DNA from: an uncultured Verrucomicrobiae bacterium
GTDB taxonomy: Bacteria > Verrucomicrobiota > Verrucomicrobiia > Limisphaerales > Palsa-1400
Length of the DNA stretch: 64,000 nucleotides
Direction of reading: 5' to 3'
Assembly: GCA_963707025.1 (NCBI GenBank)
Contig: CAVPOM010000011.1
Coordinates: 1 to 64,000 of the forward strand
Shown: in pieces, positions 41,458 through 54,375 of the stretch
Position numbering within the stretch: position 1 is the first letter of the stretch
Layout: the number at the start of each line of letters is the position of its first letter
Program-made: the position numbers and the translations under genes
The notes under the pieces: model-generated
The model's database searches: none
Told to the model about the DNA's origin: nothing
What the model saw: the letters and a program-made list of their open reading frames with translations, nothing else

Positions 41458-42423
41458 TCACATTCGCAACAGATTGCGCGCGGCGGCGGCGATGCTCCGC
41501 ACTGTCGGCCGATGCGCGGTCCACAAACTGGGATGATAGGGAATGGGCGTGTCTTTGGAATTGAGCCGTTGCGGCGGCGCGTCGAGCAGGCCGAATCCTT
41601 CCGCCGCCACCCGGGCCAGGACCTCCGCAGTCACCCCGCCCCACGGCCAGGCTTCGCCCACGCACAACAACCGTCCGGTGCGCGCCACCGACGCCATCAC
41701 GGTATCCGTGTCCAGGGGTTTGATCGAACGCAAGTCCACCACTTCGATTTCCGCCCCTTCGCCGGCCAGTTCCTCCGCCGCCGCCAGCGAATCCTGCACC
41801 ATGGCGCTGTATGCCACGATGGTCAAATCGCGGCCGGGCCGCGCGATGCGCGCCTTGCCGGTGGGCATGGCCTCGGTCGGCAGCCCCTCCGCCTTGCAAT
41901 GGTAATAAAGATATTTGTGCTCGCAAAAAATCACCGGATCATCAATCGCCACCGCTTCGAGCAGCATGCTGTAGGCGTCTTCCGCCGTGGCGGGGGTCAT
42001 CACGATCAAGCCCGGGAAATGCGCGTAAACCGCCTCCAGGCTCTGGCTGTGGAAGGGCCCGCCCCCCGCCGTCCCGCCGGACGGCATGCGGATGGTGATG
42101 GGACACGGCACCTGCGAGCGCCAAAAAAGCGTGGCGGCCTGATTGACGATTTGGGTGAAACCCGGCGCGGAAAAATCGGCAAATTGCATTTCGACAATGG
42201 GGCGCATCCCTTCGATGGCCGCGCCAATGGCCGCCCCGACAATGGCATCCTCGCTGATGGGCGCATCGAGCACGCGGCCGGGGAATTCCACGGCCAGATT
42301 CTTGGTCGCCTTGAAGGCGCCGCCAAAGGCGCCCACATCCTGCCCGTAGATGAAGACGCGCGGATCATCGGCCAGCGCCTTGGCTTGCGCCGCGCGGATG
42401 GCTTCCAGGTAAGTGATGCTCAC
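41458..42423 (-). CDS. 2-oxoacid dehydrogenase E1 beta subunit
   Basis: GQDVGAFGGAFKAT, DAPISE, EMQFADF, GPFHSQS, VDLRSIKPLD. Confidence 0.93.
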   Translation of the reverse strand: MSITYLEAIRAAQAKALADDPRVFIYGQDVGAFGGAFKATKNLAVEFPGRVLDAPISEDAIVGAAIGAAIEGMRPIVEMQFADFSAPGFTQIVNQAATLFWRSQVPCPITIRMPSGGTAGGGPFHSQSLEAVYAHFPGLIVMTPATAEDAYSMLLEAVAIDDPVIFCEHKYLYYHCKAEGLPTEAMPTGKARIARPGRDLTIVAYSAMVQDSLAAAEELAGEGAEIEVVDLRSIKPLDTDTVMASVARTGRLLCVGEAWPWGGVTAEVLARVAAEGFGLLDAPPQRLNSKDTPIPYHPSLWTAHRPTVRSIAAAARNLLRM

Positions 42424-43469
42424 AACGCCTCCAACAAAGGGTAAGTCTCGAATCGCTCCATCAGATGCCGCGAGGCCAGCGGGCGCCAATCCTCCCGGTA
42501 AGGGTCCGGCGCCGGTTCCCGTTGCACCGCCGCCAGGGTTTCCTCCAACAATTGCGCCGCCTCCAGGCGCAGACGCCGGGTCGCCGGCTCGTCCGCCCAG
42601 CCATGCCGCCATAAATGCTCCTCCGCCACCTGCAGACAATCGCGCCCCAGCGGTGAGGCCTTCAACTCCGCGCTAATATAGTGGGCGTCATCATGCTCCC
42701 CGTGGCCGCAGAGGCGCAGCAATTGGGCCACCACCATTTGCGGCCCGCGCCCCTGCCGTGCCCGGGCCACCGCCTGGCCCACCGTTTGCAAACAGGCCCG
42801 CAAATCCGTCCCGTCCACCTCCTGGCAGGGGACGCCGTAACCGGCGGCCTTGTCCGCCAAATTGGCGCAGGCAAACTGGCGGTGGTTGGGCGTGGAATAG
42901 GCAAATTGATTGTTGGCCACCACCAGCACCAGCGGCAACTTTTCCACCGCCGCCTGGTTGCAGCCCCTCATGAAAGGAGCCGGTGGACGTGCCGCCATCC
43001 CCGAGGCAGGCCGCGCCCACATGGCCGGACATTTTCTTAAAGCGCTTGGCCATCAACACGCCGTTCACCACCGAAATCATCGCCCCCAAATGACTGATCA
43101 TGGGCAGGACTCCGTGGCGGGGACTGCCCCGATGCACGTTGCCATCCCGGGCGCGCATCGGGCCAGAGGCGACCCCAGATAAGTGCGCACCGCGTCCAGC
43201 AGGGGTTCGCCGAAAGCCAGCCAGGCCCCGTCGCGAATGAGCGGGGCAAAAACGTCCCCTTTCTTCAGCGCCAGACCCATGGCGACGCTCAAGGCCTCCT
43301 GGCCCCGGCCCAGAAAGACGCCGCCTTGAATTTTGCCCCCGCGATACAGGCTCGCCATCTTGTCATCCATCAGCCGGGCCAGGAGCATAAACCGAAACCC
43401 CTGCAAAAACTGATCGCGGAAAGACGTGGCAGCGGCCAGCGCATCCTGGCTTTCCAAAGTCTGCAACAT
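42420..43469 (-). CDS. 2-oxoacid dehydrogenase E1 alpha subunit (at least two frameshifts)
   Basis: GRGQEA, GDGGTSTGSFHE, NNQFAYST, RLCGHGEHDD spread over three frames. Confidence 0.85.
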
Positions 43470-43785
43470 GCCGGTGATTTTTGCAGGCTTTGCCCTTTCG
43501 CGCAATCTTCTTTCATCGCCGGACAAGATCGCCGCCCGCTTTCCCGATGATGGCCAGACGGGCGCTTCGTGCGCGCCGGAGATCAATTTCGATTCGGCAG
43601 GGCGAGACTCTGTCGAGCCGAAACTCGATTTCATTGGGAAAAGTCACGGCTTGACAGAGTCTCGCCCTACCCCGCCCACCCGAGGCTCTGCCTTGGTTTG
43701 CATTTGAAAAAAACCCTTCGCGTTCCTCCGCTCCCGGCCTATCTTGTCCTCCGGGAAATCGCCTTTATCTATGCGCCCCTGAATT

Positions 43786-45759
43786 ATGACGCCAAAATCA
43801 TTCGCGGAGCTGGGCCTTTCGGAAGAATTGCTCAAAGCCATCCATAAACTGGGCTTCGAGCAAGCCGCCCCCATCCAGGCCGCGGCCATCCCGCCGCTCC
43901 TGGCGGGCAAGGACGTCGTCGGCCAGTCCCAAACCGGCTCCGGCAAAACCGCCGCCTTTGCCGCGCCGGCCATTGAAAAAGTGGATGTCTCCCGGCGCGA
44001 CACGCAGATTCTGATCCTTTGCCCGACGCGCGAACTGGCCATGCAGGTTTCCGAAGAGGTCCACAAACTGGCCCTCTTCAAACGCGGCCTCCACGCCCTG
44101 CCCATTTACGGCGGCCAATCCTACGACCGCCAGCTCTTCGGCCTGCGCCAGGGCGCGCACATCGTCATCGGCACGCCGGGCCGCGTCCTGGATCACATGC
44201 GGCGCGGCACCCTCCAGCTTGCCGCCGTCAAAATGGCCATCCTGGACGAAGTGGACGTGATGCTCAACATGGGTTTCCGCGACGACATCGAGCTTATCCT
44301 CCAGGCCACCCCCAAGACGCGCCAGACCGTTTTCTTCTCCGCCACCATCCCGCGGCCCATCCAGCAACTGATCGAAAAATACGCGCGCGACCCGCAGCAG
44401 GTGCGCATCGAACAAAAAGCCCTCACCGTCCCGACGGTCGAACAGGTTTATTACGAAGTGGACCGCCGCTACAAGATAGATTTGCTCATGCGGCTGATTG
44501 ACCTGCACGACCTCAAGCTGGGCATCATTTTTTGCAACACCAAACGCATGGTGGACGACCTGGTGGACCACCTCAACGCCCAGGGTTATTCCGCCGACCG
44601 CCTGCACGGCGACATGACCCAGATGATGCGCGACCGGGTGATGAACAGATTCCGCAAATCCGGCCTGGAATTCCTCGTCGCCACCGACGTGGCCGCCCGC
44701 GGCATTGACGTGGACGACGTGGAGGTCGTCTTCAACTACGATCTGCCTTACGACGGGGAGGATTACGTCCATCGCATCGGGCGCACCGGGCGCAAAGGCC
44801 GCAGCGGGCGGGCCATCTCCTTCGCCTCCGGGCGCGAGGTTTTCGCCATCCGCAACATCGAGCGCTACACCAACGTGCGCATCCAGCGCGCCCAGCCGCC
44901 CAGCGCCGGCGCGGTGGAGGAGGCGCGGGCCAGCGTTTTTATTGACAAGCTGCGCGCCACCCTCAAAGGCGGCGAATTCAAGCGCCACGATCAACTCATC
45001 GAAGGGTTGCTCGAAGAAGGCTTTGCCTCCACCGACATCATCTCCGCCCTCATCAACCAACTGCAAGGCGGCGAGGCCCTCCCCGCCAAACCCGCGCCGC
45101 GCCCGGTCGAACCGCCGCGTCCGGACCGCCCCCCCGTTCCTGTAGCGGCGGTCTATGACCGCCGCACGACTCCGCCCCAACCCCGGTTTCGAAGCAGCCA
45201 CCCGGCGGTGACTCATCGTCCGGTCAACCCGTCTCCAACCGCTCCCATATCGGTTGCAAAACCCGCGTCCAAACCGGTGTTGCCCGTCCCCAATCCGCAA
45301 TCCGCAATCCGCAATCCGCAATCCATGGTTGCCGCCGCCATCGAGACTCACAGGCCGCCTGCGCCTCGTGCCGCATCCGAACCGGCGGTGGAAGTCGAAG
45401 TTCCAAAACCCGCCTCCAAACCGGTCGTCCAAGTCCCCAATCCGCCATCCGTGGTTGCGGCGGAAATCCGCCAGCCCGTCGAACCCCAGCCTGCTTTCAA
45501 GCCGAAAACCAAGCGCGTGAGCCAACCCTTTCAAACCCGCCTGTGGATGAACGTCGGCGCAGAAAACGGCGTGGCCCCCATTGACGTTGTCAACACTATC
45601 GCGGGTGAAACCGGCCTGCCCGGCCACGTCGTCGGCACGGTGGACATCCGCGGGCGGCATCTCTTCGTGGACGTCGCCGCCGAGCACGCCAACGCCATCA
45701 TCGCCAGGCTGAAGCGCACCCAGATCAAAGGCCACAAACTCAAAGTCAAGGCGGCGTAA
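43786..45759 (+). CDS. deaD: DEAD-box RNA helicase DeaD/CsdA with DbpA-type C-terminal domain
   Basis: QTGSGKT, PTRELA, DEVD, SAT, ARGIDV, HRIGRTGR; Pro-rich linker. Confidence 0.9.
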   Translation: MTPKSFAELGLSEELLKAIHKLGFEQAAPIQAAAIPPLLAGKDVVGQSQTGSGKTAAFAAPAIEKVDVSRRDTQILILCPTRELAMQVSEEVHKLALFKRGLHALPIYGGQSYDRQLFGLRQGAHIVIGTPGRVLDHMRRGTLQLAAVKMAILDEVDVMLNMGFRDDIELILQATPKTRQTVFFSATIPRPIQQLIEKYARDPQQVRIEQKALTVPTVEQVYYEVDRRYKIDLLMRLIDLHDLKLGIIFCNTKRMVDDLVDHLNAQGYSADRLHGDMTQMMRDRVMNRFRKSGLEFLVATDVAARGIDVDDVEVVFNYDLPYDGEDYVHRIGRTGRKGRSGRAISFASGREVFAIRNIERYTNVRIQRAQPPSAGAVEEARASVFIDKLRATLKGGEFKRHDQLIEGLLEEGFASTDIISALINQLQGGEALPAKPAPRPVEPPRPDRPPVPVAAVYDRRTTPPQPRFRSSHPAVTHRPVNPSPTAPISVAKPASKPVLPVPNPQSAIRNPQSMVAAAIETHRPPAPRAASEPAVEVEVPKPASKPVVQVPNPPSVVAAEIRQPVEPQPAFKPKTKRVSQPFQTRLWMNVGAENGVAPIDVVNTIAGETGLPGHVVGTVDIRGRHLFVDVAAEHANAIIARLKRTQIKGHKLKVKAA

Positions 45760-45829
45760 TGGATAAAATCATGTAGCGGCGGTCTATGACCGCCGTTCAA
45801 TCGCACAAGACCAACCCCAAAAAGCCGCC

Positions 45830-48148
45830 ATGAACAGCGAAACCCCGCCCCCGCCCGTCGAGCGTTTGTTTCCCCTCGTGCTGAGATCGCGCCTTTTGCT
45901 GGTCGGCCGCGAGACCATCCGGCGCAGCAAGAGCCAGCTCCATTTCGTGCTCATCACCCGCGACATCTCGGAGAACAGCCGCGCCGAAATGCTCAAGACC
46001 TTCCTGCACTACCCGGTGGTGCAGCATTACACTGCGGCGGACCTGGAGGAACATTTCGCCCTCAAGGGAACCAAGGTGATCGGCTTCAAAAAGTCCGCCC
46101 TGGCCCAGACCATCTACGCCCAACTCAAGCCCCATCGCATCAACAAACCCTTCGTCAAACGTTGCGCCAGTGAAGTTGGTTGGAACGCGGGTGAAAGTCC
46201 CGTCCGTCGAATTAGGCTGTTCACGACGGAACACGACCTCAACAGCGCCGCCGCGAGGCGGGGTTGGAAGCTGAGGGAGATGAACAGACGGGCCGTAATG
46301 AAAATGAACCACATCCAATGAGCCTCGATAAGTTTAGAACCGGAGACAAGCCGAGCCGCTGTTTGACCGGCGAAGGCCGCAGGGAGGAGGCAGGGCAACA
46401 GTCAGAGCCTTCTCAACGCTCCGGCGGGGTCGGCGTGGACGGCACGTCTGGAAGTTCAACCAAGGTAAGCTGGGAGAACTCCGGCGGCGGGCGGCCAGCC
46501 CAACCGCCCGCGCAAGCTGGCAAGACCAGTCAGGCGAGCGGCCCTGCCGGAGAAGTCGGAGTTCCTCATAGTAGCGTGGACTTGTTTGCGCTCCAGGCGG
46601 ATTTCCGCCGGGAGTTGCGCGAGCGAACGCAAAGGGGGAACACTTGCTCAATGCGTGGAGGCGAAGCGAAGGATGCGGGGATGGCCGGGGCGACCCGGAT
46701 AGCAACCCCGGAGAAAGTTCGGCAGCTTCAAATCGCGCTCTATCGGAAAGCCAAAGCAGAGCCGAAGTATCGGTTCTGGAGCCTGTATGGGGAATTGCTG
46801 CGCAAGGACGTGCTCGAAACCGCCTTGGCAGCGCAACAGCGCAACGGCGGGGCCGCGGGAGTGGACGGACAGAGTATGGAGTCCATCACCGCCGACCCGG
46901 CCCTGCGCCAGCAATGGCTCGACCGCCTGCAAGCAGAACTCAAAGCCAAGACGTATCGGGCCAGCCCGGTGCGGCGGGTGATGATTCCCAAGAGCAGCGG
47001 AGGGGAACGGCCGTTGGGCATCCCGACGGTCAAGGACCGGGTGGTGCAAACGGCGGTGTATCTGGTGCTGATGCCGATCTTGGAGGCGGACTTTCATCCG
47101 CGCTCCTACGGCTTTCGGCCCAAACGCCGGGCACACCAAGCCATTGCGGAAATCCAACAAGCAGTGCAGCAAGGCTACGTGGAAATCATCGACGCGGACC
47201 TGACGAAATATTTCGACACGATTCCGCACCGGGAACTGATGAAGGCCGTGGCCCGGCGGGTCAGCGACGGCAGCGTGCTGCGGCTCCTCAAGAGCTGGCT
47301 GCGCGCCCCGGTCGCGGAGGAAGACCAGGACGGCACCAAGCGAGTGATCCCCAACCGGCGCGGCACGCCGCAAGGCGGGGTCATCTCGCCGCTGCTGGCC
47401 AACCTCTACCTCAACCCGCTGGATCACGGGGTGAACGAGAAAACCTCCGGCCAAGCCCGCATGGTGCGCTACGCCGATGACTTTGTCATCGCGTGCGCGG
47501 CGGGGTGCGGCGGAGGGCTGATAGCGCGGCTCAAGAAATGGCTTCGAGCCAAAGGGCTGACCCTCAACGAAGTCAAAACCCGAATTGTGAACATTCGCAA
47601 GGAAGGGATCAACTTCCTGGGCTTCAACCTGACCTGGCGCAAGTCCTTTGGAGGGCGCGGCTACCTGCACGTTCAACCCAGCCAGAAAAGCCGGGGGGCC
47701 CTGTGCGAGAAACTGGGCGGCATCCTCAACCACTGGACGCAGGGGCGTCCGATACAGGAGGTGGTCAAAGAGGTCAACCAAGTCTTGCGCGGATGGGCGG
47801 GCTACTTCCACTACGGCAACAGCGTCTCGGTGATGAACCGGATGAAACACTACAGCCAAAACCGCTTTCGGCGCTGGCTGTGGCGCAAACACGGTTGCCG
47901 CCGCAGCCTGTGGGAACACTACGTTCCCGAGCAGTTGCACCAGCGTTATGGACTCTATGAACTGCCGACCACGGCGAAGTGGAAGGCGGCCCGATGAATG
48001 AGTTCGGAGAGCCGAATATGGGAAATCCGTCCGTTCGGTTCGATGAGGGGCGAAGTGGCAGCGCGAGACTGACAACTGCGGTCAGTTCAATCCGCCTCCT
48101 TCCACTTCGCCTACTCTACCACCGCCAAACGCCGAAGAACCAAATTGA
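45830..48148 (+). CDS. L7Ae/YlxQ-like protein interrupted by a group II intron (exons 45830-46160 and 48120-48148)
   Basis: LVLRSRLLLVGRE...FVLITRDISENS...LEEHF...VIGF resembles L7Ae; splicing gives ...NKPFVKPPPNAEEPN*. Confidence 0.65.
46161..48119 (+). mobile_element. Group II intron (about 1959 nt)
   Basis: 5' GTTGCG; EBS1 GTTTGAC (46361-46367, in a hairpin loop) complementary to exon GTCAAAC (46154-46160); domain V 48009-48041; domain VI ending CCTACTCTAC. Confidence 0.92.
46681..47997 (+). CDS. ltrA: Group II intron reverse transcriptase/maturase without an endonuclease domain
   Basis: GAAGVDG, RPLGIPTVKDR, SYGFRP, GTPQGGVISPLLAN, RYADD, FLGF, LRGWAGYF. Confidence 0.95.
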   Translation: MAGATRIATPEKVRQLQIALYRKAKAEPKYRFWSLYGELLRKDVLETALAAQQRNGGAAGVDGQSMESITADPALRQQWLDRLQAELKAKTYRASPVRRVMIPKSSGGERPLGIPTVKDRVVQTAVYLVLMPILEADFHPRSYGFRPKRRAHQAIAEIQQAVQQGYVEIIDADLTKYFDTIPHRELMKAVARRVSDGSVLRLLKSWLRAPVAEEDQDGTKRVIPNRRGTPQGGVISPLLANLYLNPLDHGVNEKTSGQARMVRYADDFVIACAAGCGGGLIARLKKWLRAKGLTLNEVKTRIVNIRKEGINFLGFNLTWRKSFGGRGYLHVQPSQKSRGALCEKLGGILNHWTQGRPIQEVVKEVNQVLRGWAGYFHYGNSVSVMNRMKHYSQNRFRRWLWRKHGCRRSLWEHYVPEQLHQRYGLYELPTTAKWKAAR

Positions 48149-48152
48149 AGAA

Positions 48153-48224
48153 TTACGTTTTCACGAGCGGATTGCGGGTCTTGAGTTGTGGAAATTTGGA
48201 GAAATCCCGATCCGCCGTCCACAG
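48153..48224 (-). pseudogene. C-terminal relic of a PIN/VapC toxin gene
   Basis: LWTADRDFSKFPQLKTRNPLVKT*, preceded by in-frame stops. Confidence 0.6.
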
Positions 48225-48329
48225 TTATCAGCCAAGTGGCCTTTTCAATTCAACTTGTTTTTTAGATGAACAATTTGATTTTTTAAAAGATGCTTGGAAA
48301 AATCTTTTTTACCGAAATGCGTAAAGCCC

Positions 48330-48470
48330 ACTGCTCCCCGGGGAGAAGGAACAGACATCGCCCGCCTCCGCTTGGGTGCGGGCGCGCCCGGCAAACCCCA
48401 GCCCTGGCCTTTGGCGACGGCGGCAGAGGTTTCACCCTCCCCTGGAGGAGAGGGCCGGGGTGAGGTCGGG
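48330..48470. repeat. REP-like element (CCTCACCCCGGCCCTCTCC...GGGAGGG type)
   Basis: ctccccggggagaagg ... ccctcccctggaggagagggccggggtgagg palindromes. Confidence 0.6.
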
Positions 48471-48818
48471 CTTTTCCACTGACTTGGCTTTTTGTTTCGC
48501 CCTCCTCCTGACGTTTTCCTCCAGTCCTCGCCCGCGCCGAAAGGAAAGGGCGGGACCAGGCTGCTGTGGATGCCAAAAGTATATACGCCAGGTAGTTGTT
48601 CTCCCCGCACGACGGCTTTCGAGGAAGAATTATGTCCTGCACCCTCTTCCGCCTGAAACCACGCCGGCATCAATCGTAATCTGGATTTTACGCGGCGGCC
48701 CTTGGACGGGCGCGGCCCGGCGGCGCCGCGCGGGCTGGTCCGGGAAAAATATCGGGCCGAATCGTCCGGTCAGGATTTTGGAGACGCGCTTTTTTTGGCG
48801 TCCATGTCCGGAGGAACT

Positions 48819-49796
48819 CTATCGGTCCAGGAAGCGAAGGTTTTCCGCATTATGTCGCGCGCCTTGCACGGCCCCGGCCAGTTGCCGCAAGCTTTCTCTT
48901 TCATCGGGAGACAGATGAATGTTGGCGGCTTGCGCGTTTTCCTGGAGGTGGGCGCGGCTTTTCATGCCGGGGATGGGCACGATGTCGCCGCCTTGTTGCA
49001 GAAGCCAGGCCAGGGCAATCTGGGTGGGCCGCGCGTTTTGCCGCAAAGCGATCTCCTCCAGTTTCGCCGTCAAGGCCAGGTTTTTTTCCAGATGGCCGGC
49101 TTGGAATCGCGGCAGGTTCCTCCGGTAATCGCCGGGGGCCAGATCGCGCCGGCCTCTCAGGCCGCCGCCCAGCAGCCCGCGGCCCAACGGACTGAACGCC
49201 ACAAAACCAATGTTCAGTTTCCGGCAAACCGGCAGGAGGTCCTGTTCCACTTCGCGGGTCAGAACCGAGTATTCCGATTGCAGGGCTGTGATGGGATGGA
49301 CGGCGTGAGCCCGTCGCAGGGTTTCAGCCGAGGCCTCGGACAGGCCGAGGTGGCGGACTTTGCCTTCCTTGACCAACGCGGCCATGGCGGCCACCGATTC
49401 TTCGATGGGCACGCTCTGGTCCACCCGGTGCTGAAAATAGAGGTCTATGTAATCTGTTTTCAGGCGCTGGAGGCTGGCGTGGCAGGCTTCTTTTATATAA
49501 GACGCCCCGCCGCAAATCTCCAGCGCGCCGTCTTCGTTGCCCCGGAAACCGAACTTGGTGGCGATCACGGCTTGTCCGCGACGGCCTCGCAACGCCTGGC
49601 CCAGCAGGATTTCGTTCCGGCCGGCGCCGTAAATATCGGCGGTGTCGAAAAAATTGATGCCCAAGGCCAGGCCCTGGTGGACGGTGGCGATGGATTCCGC
49701 GCGGTCCGCCTTGCCATAGGCGCCGGACATCCCCCAGCATCCCAGGCCGATGGCGGGGACGGCCAGTCTGCGCGCGCCGAGGAATCTGGTTTCCAT
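48819..49796 (-). CDS. Aldo/keto reductase
   Basis: IGLGCWGMS, FFDTADIYG, IATKFG, DLYFQHRVD, QSEYS, IVPIPG. Confidence 0.93.
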   Translation of the reverse strand: METRFLGARRLAVPAIGLGCWGMSGAYGKADRAESIATVHQGLALGINFFDTADIYGAGRNEILLGQALRGRRGQAVIATKFGFRGNEDGALEICGGASYIKEACHASLQRLKTDYIDLYFQHRVDQSVPIEESVAAMAALVKEGKVRHLGLSEASAETLRRAHAVHPITALQSEYSVLTREVEQDLLPVCRKLNIGFVAFSPLGRGLLGGGLRGRRDLAPGDYRRNLPRFQAGHLEKNLALTAKLEEIALRQNARPTQIALAWLLQQGGDIVPIPGMKSRAHLQENAQAANIHLSPDERESLRQLAGAVQGARHNAENLRFLDR

Positions 49797-49887
49797 GTGC
49801 AGACACTCATTACCAGCTTTCGCCTGAATTCCATAGCACCAAGAACAATGCCCCGGTCCTGGGTGGCCGGGCGCCCACTCCGTCCCT

Positions 49888-50154
49888 GCCTGGGAACTGT
49901 CCAAAAAGTGAGATGCGCCTTTGCATCGCTCGATTGAGAATTGGTCATGGAAGATTTGTTATTGGTTATCGGAAGACCTTGGGCGGATTCCGATGACAAA
50001 TGACCAATTCTCAATGACCAGTTTGCAATTGTTTGCATCGCGGGCGCATCCGAGTTTTTGGCAGGGTCGCGGCGCTGCGCCGGCCTTGATCCCGATTCCG
50101 AATCGGGACGGCGGCCCCGCCTGGGAACCGTCCGAAAAGTGAGATGCGCCCTTG
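49888..50154. repeat. Composite MITE-like repeat: 36-bp direct repeats (49888-49923, 50119-50154) around an inverted copy and heptamer-like arrays
   Basis: gcctgggaac.gtcc.aaaagtgagatgcgcc.ttg twice; inverted ggcgcatccgagtttttggcagg at 50043. Confidence 0.65.
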
Positions 50155-50212
50155 GCAGATAAATTTTGCCAAAATCGCTTGATTTGCGGCCCGCGCCTCT
50201 TAACTTCGCCTA

Positions 50213-53117
<2,905 letters not shown>

Positions 53118-53121
<4 letters not shown>

Positions 53122-53417
53122 CTACAACCTTTCAGCCAACGGCCAAAGTTGATCGCTGGAAAATATTTCTTGTCATTTCTGTTGTCATTCACATTTCCGT
53201 CCTCATCGGCTGCCCAAACATCGTCGTGCCCCCAAGACTTTCCGAGCAGGTTTTCAAAATTGTGGCGACAGAGATCATTTTGGTGCTTCCGTTCGTCTGG
53301 AGTGTGTTTATGCTTTTCCGCTCTCGTTCCGTGGCGGAGCGGGCTGTCGGTTTTTTGTCACTTGCTGTTTCCTTGTATTGGTTGGCGGTGGCAATTTCGG
53401 AGGCGAGTTTGGCCTAA
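53118..53417 (+). CDS. Small hypothetical membrane protein (three hydrophobic segments, lower GC)
   Basis: ATG overlaps the gcvP stop (ATGA). Confidence 0.55.
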
Positions 53418-53437
53418 TGAGGTCTGACCAGCACAAA

Positions 53438-53600
53438 AGACTTTTAACGAATTGCTCGAAAGCGTTCGTGAACCCAAAGCCATTATGCAAGGCAAAAGTA
53501 AGCCTGCGCGCGTCACCAGGCTTGAGCCTGAATCGCCGCGCCCCGCCAGGGTTTTGATCCAAATTGCCGCCGATCATCCCAGAATGATTCTGAACTCAGC
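53438..53600 (+). pseudogene. Relic of a HigA/NadS-like XRE antitoxin lacking the central HTH
   Basis: DFNELLESVREPKAIMQGKSKPARVT... joined directly to PARVLIQIAADHP. Confidence 0.5.
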
Positions 53601-53627
53601 GGGTTGGCAGCCTTGCAAGCTGGTGAA

Positions 53628-54041
53628 CTACCTCCGCCCGCCCGCCGTATGCAGATCAATTGGCACGTATTTGGCGAATCGGTCAAAGTCCGTGTCCGTC
53701 GTGAAAATCCTCATCCGGTGGCGCACGGCCACCGCGCAAATAAGCAAATCGGTTGAGGTGCCTTGAACGCCCTCACTGCGGCAGATGTTGTAAAAGCTGG
53801 CGGCGGTTTCGTCATCCTCCTCATCCGTCAAAAGGTTGGGGTGGAATCGAAGATATTCCTTTAGTTGGTTGAAACGATCCTGCGGCTGCGCGCCCGACAG
53901 CAACTCCTGCCGAATAGGACCGAGCAACTGGATGACATCCGCGCGGAAAAGTTTGGCCACCTCCTTGCAGATCGGCTCATCGCCTGGCCGATCGCGCCGG
54001 AGGAATTGCGCCCAGACGCAGGTGTCTATGATGACTCTCAC
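53628..54041 (-). CDS. vapC: PIN-domain toxin
   Basis: VIIDTCVW, IRQELLSG, DLLICAVA, IFTTDTDF. Confidence 0.9.
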   Translation of the reverse strand: MRVIIDTCVWAQFLRRDRPGDEPICKEVAKLFRADVIQLLGPIRQELLSGAQPQDRFNQLKEYLRFHPNLLTDEEDDETAASFYNICRSEGVQGTSTDLLICAVAVRHRMRIFTTDTDFDRFAKYVPIDLHTAGGRR

Positions 54042-54238
54042 TCTTTGGCCCGCATCCTTTTATAGTCCCATGCCGGATCAAAATCAATCTTGCCGGCAAG
54101 CTCCAGAATGTGCAGCCGGCGGTGGCGCTGAACGAATTCCTCCAGCGCCGCGTTAAGGGCTTGCTGTTTGGTCTTGAAATTGCCGAGCTTTACGGCTTGC
54201 TCGACCATCTTGTCATTCAACTTCACCTTTGTCGGCAT
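54038..54238 (-). CDS. vapB: VapB-type antitoxin (DUF2191-like)
   Basis: MPTKVKLNDKMVEQA...TKQQALNAALEEF...LAGKIDFD..WDYK; overlaps vapC. Confidence 0.85.
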   Translation of the reverse strand: MPTKVKLNDKMVEQAVKLGNFKTKQQALNAALEEFVQRHRRLHILELAGKIDFDPAWDYKRMRAKE

Positions 54239-54326
54239 GAGTTAAGCCTAAGCCAAATTGCCTTGTCTTGTCAAATTCCGCTTGACCTCATCCCATGGTT
54301 TTTGGACCGAGATTCGTCCGTCACAA

Positions 54327-54375
54327 ATCGCAATTGCCACTCAGGAATTCGCAAGATATGAGAAGTCTGCCCAGG
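54327..54375. repeat. 49-bp direct repeat; second copy at 56821-56869 (4 mismatches)
   Basis: atcgcaattgcc.c.caggaattcgcaagatatgag.ag.ctgcccagg. Confidence 0.9.

Noticed and set aside
46264..47997. RT as a retron, DGR or defence RT
   Set aside because: YADD RT with maturase X domain, domains V/VI and EBS1-IBS1 pairing identify a group II intron; no template/variable repeat pair is present.
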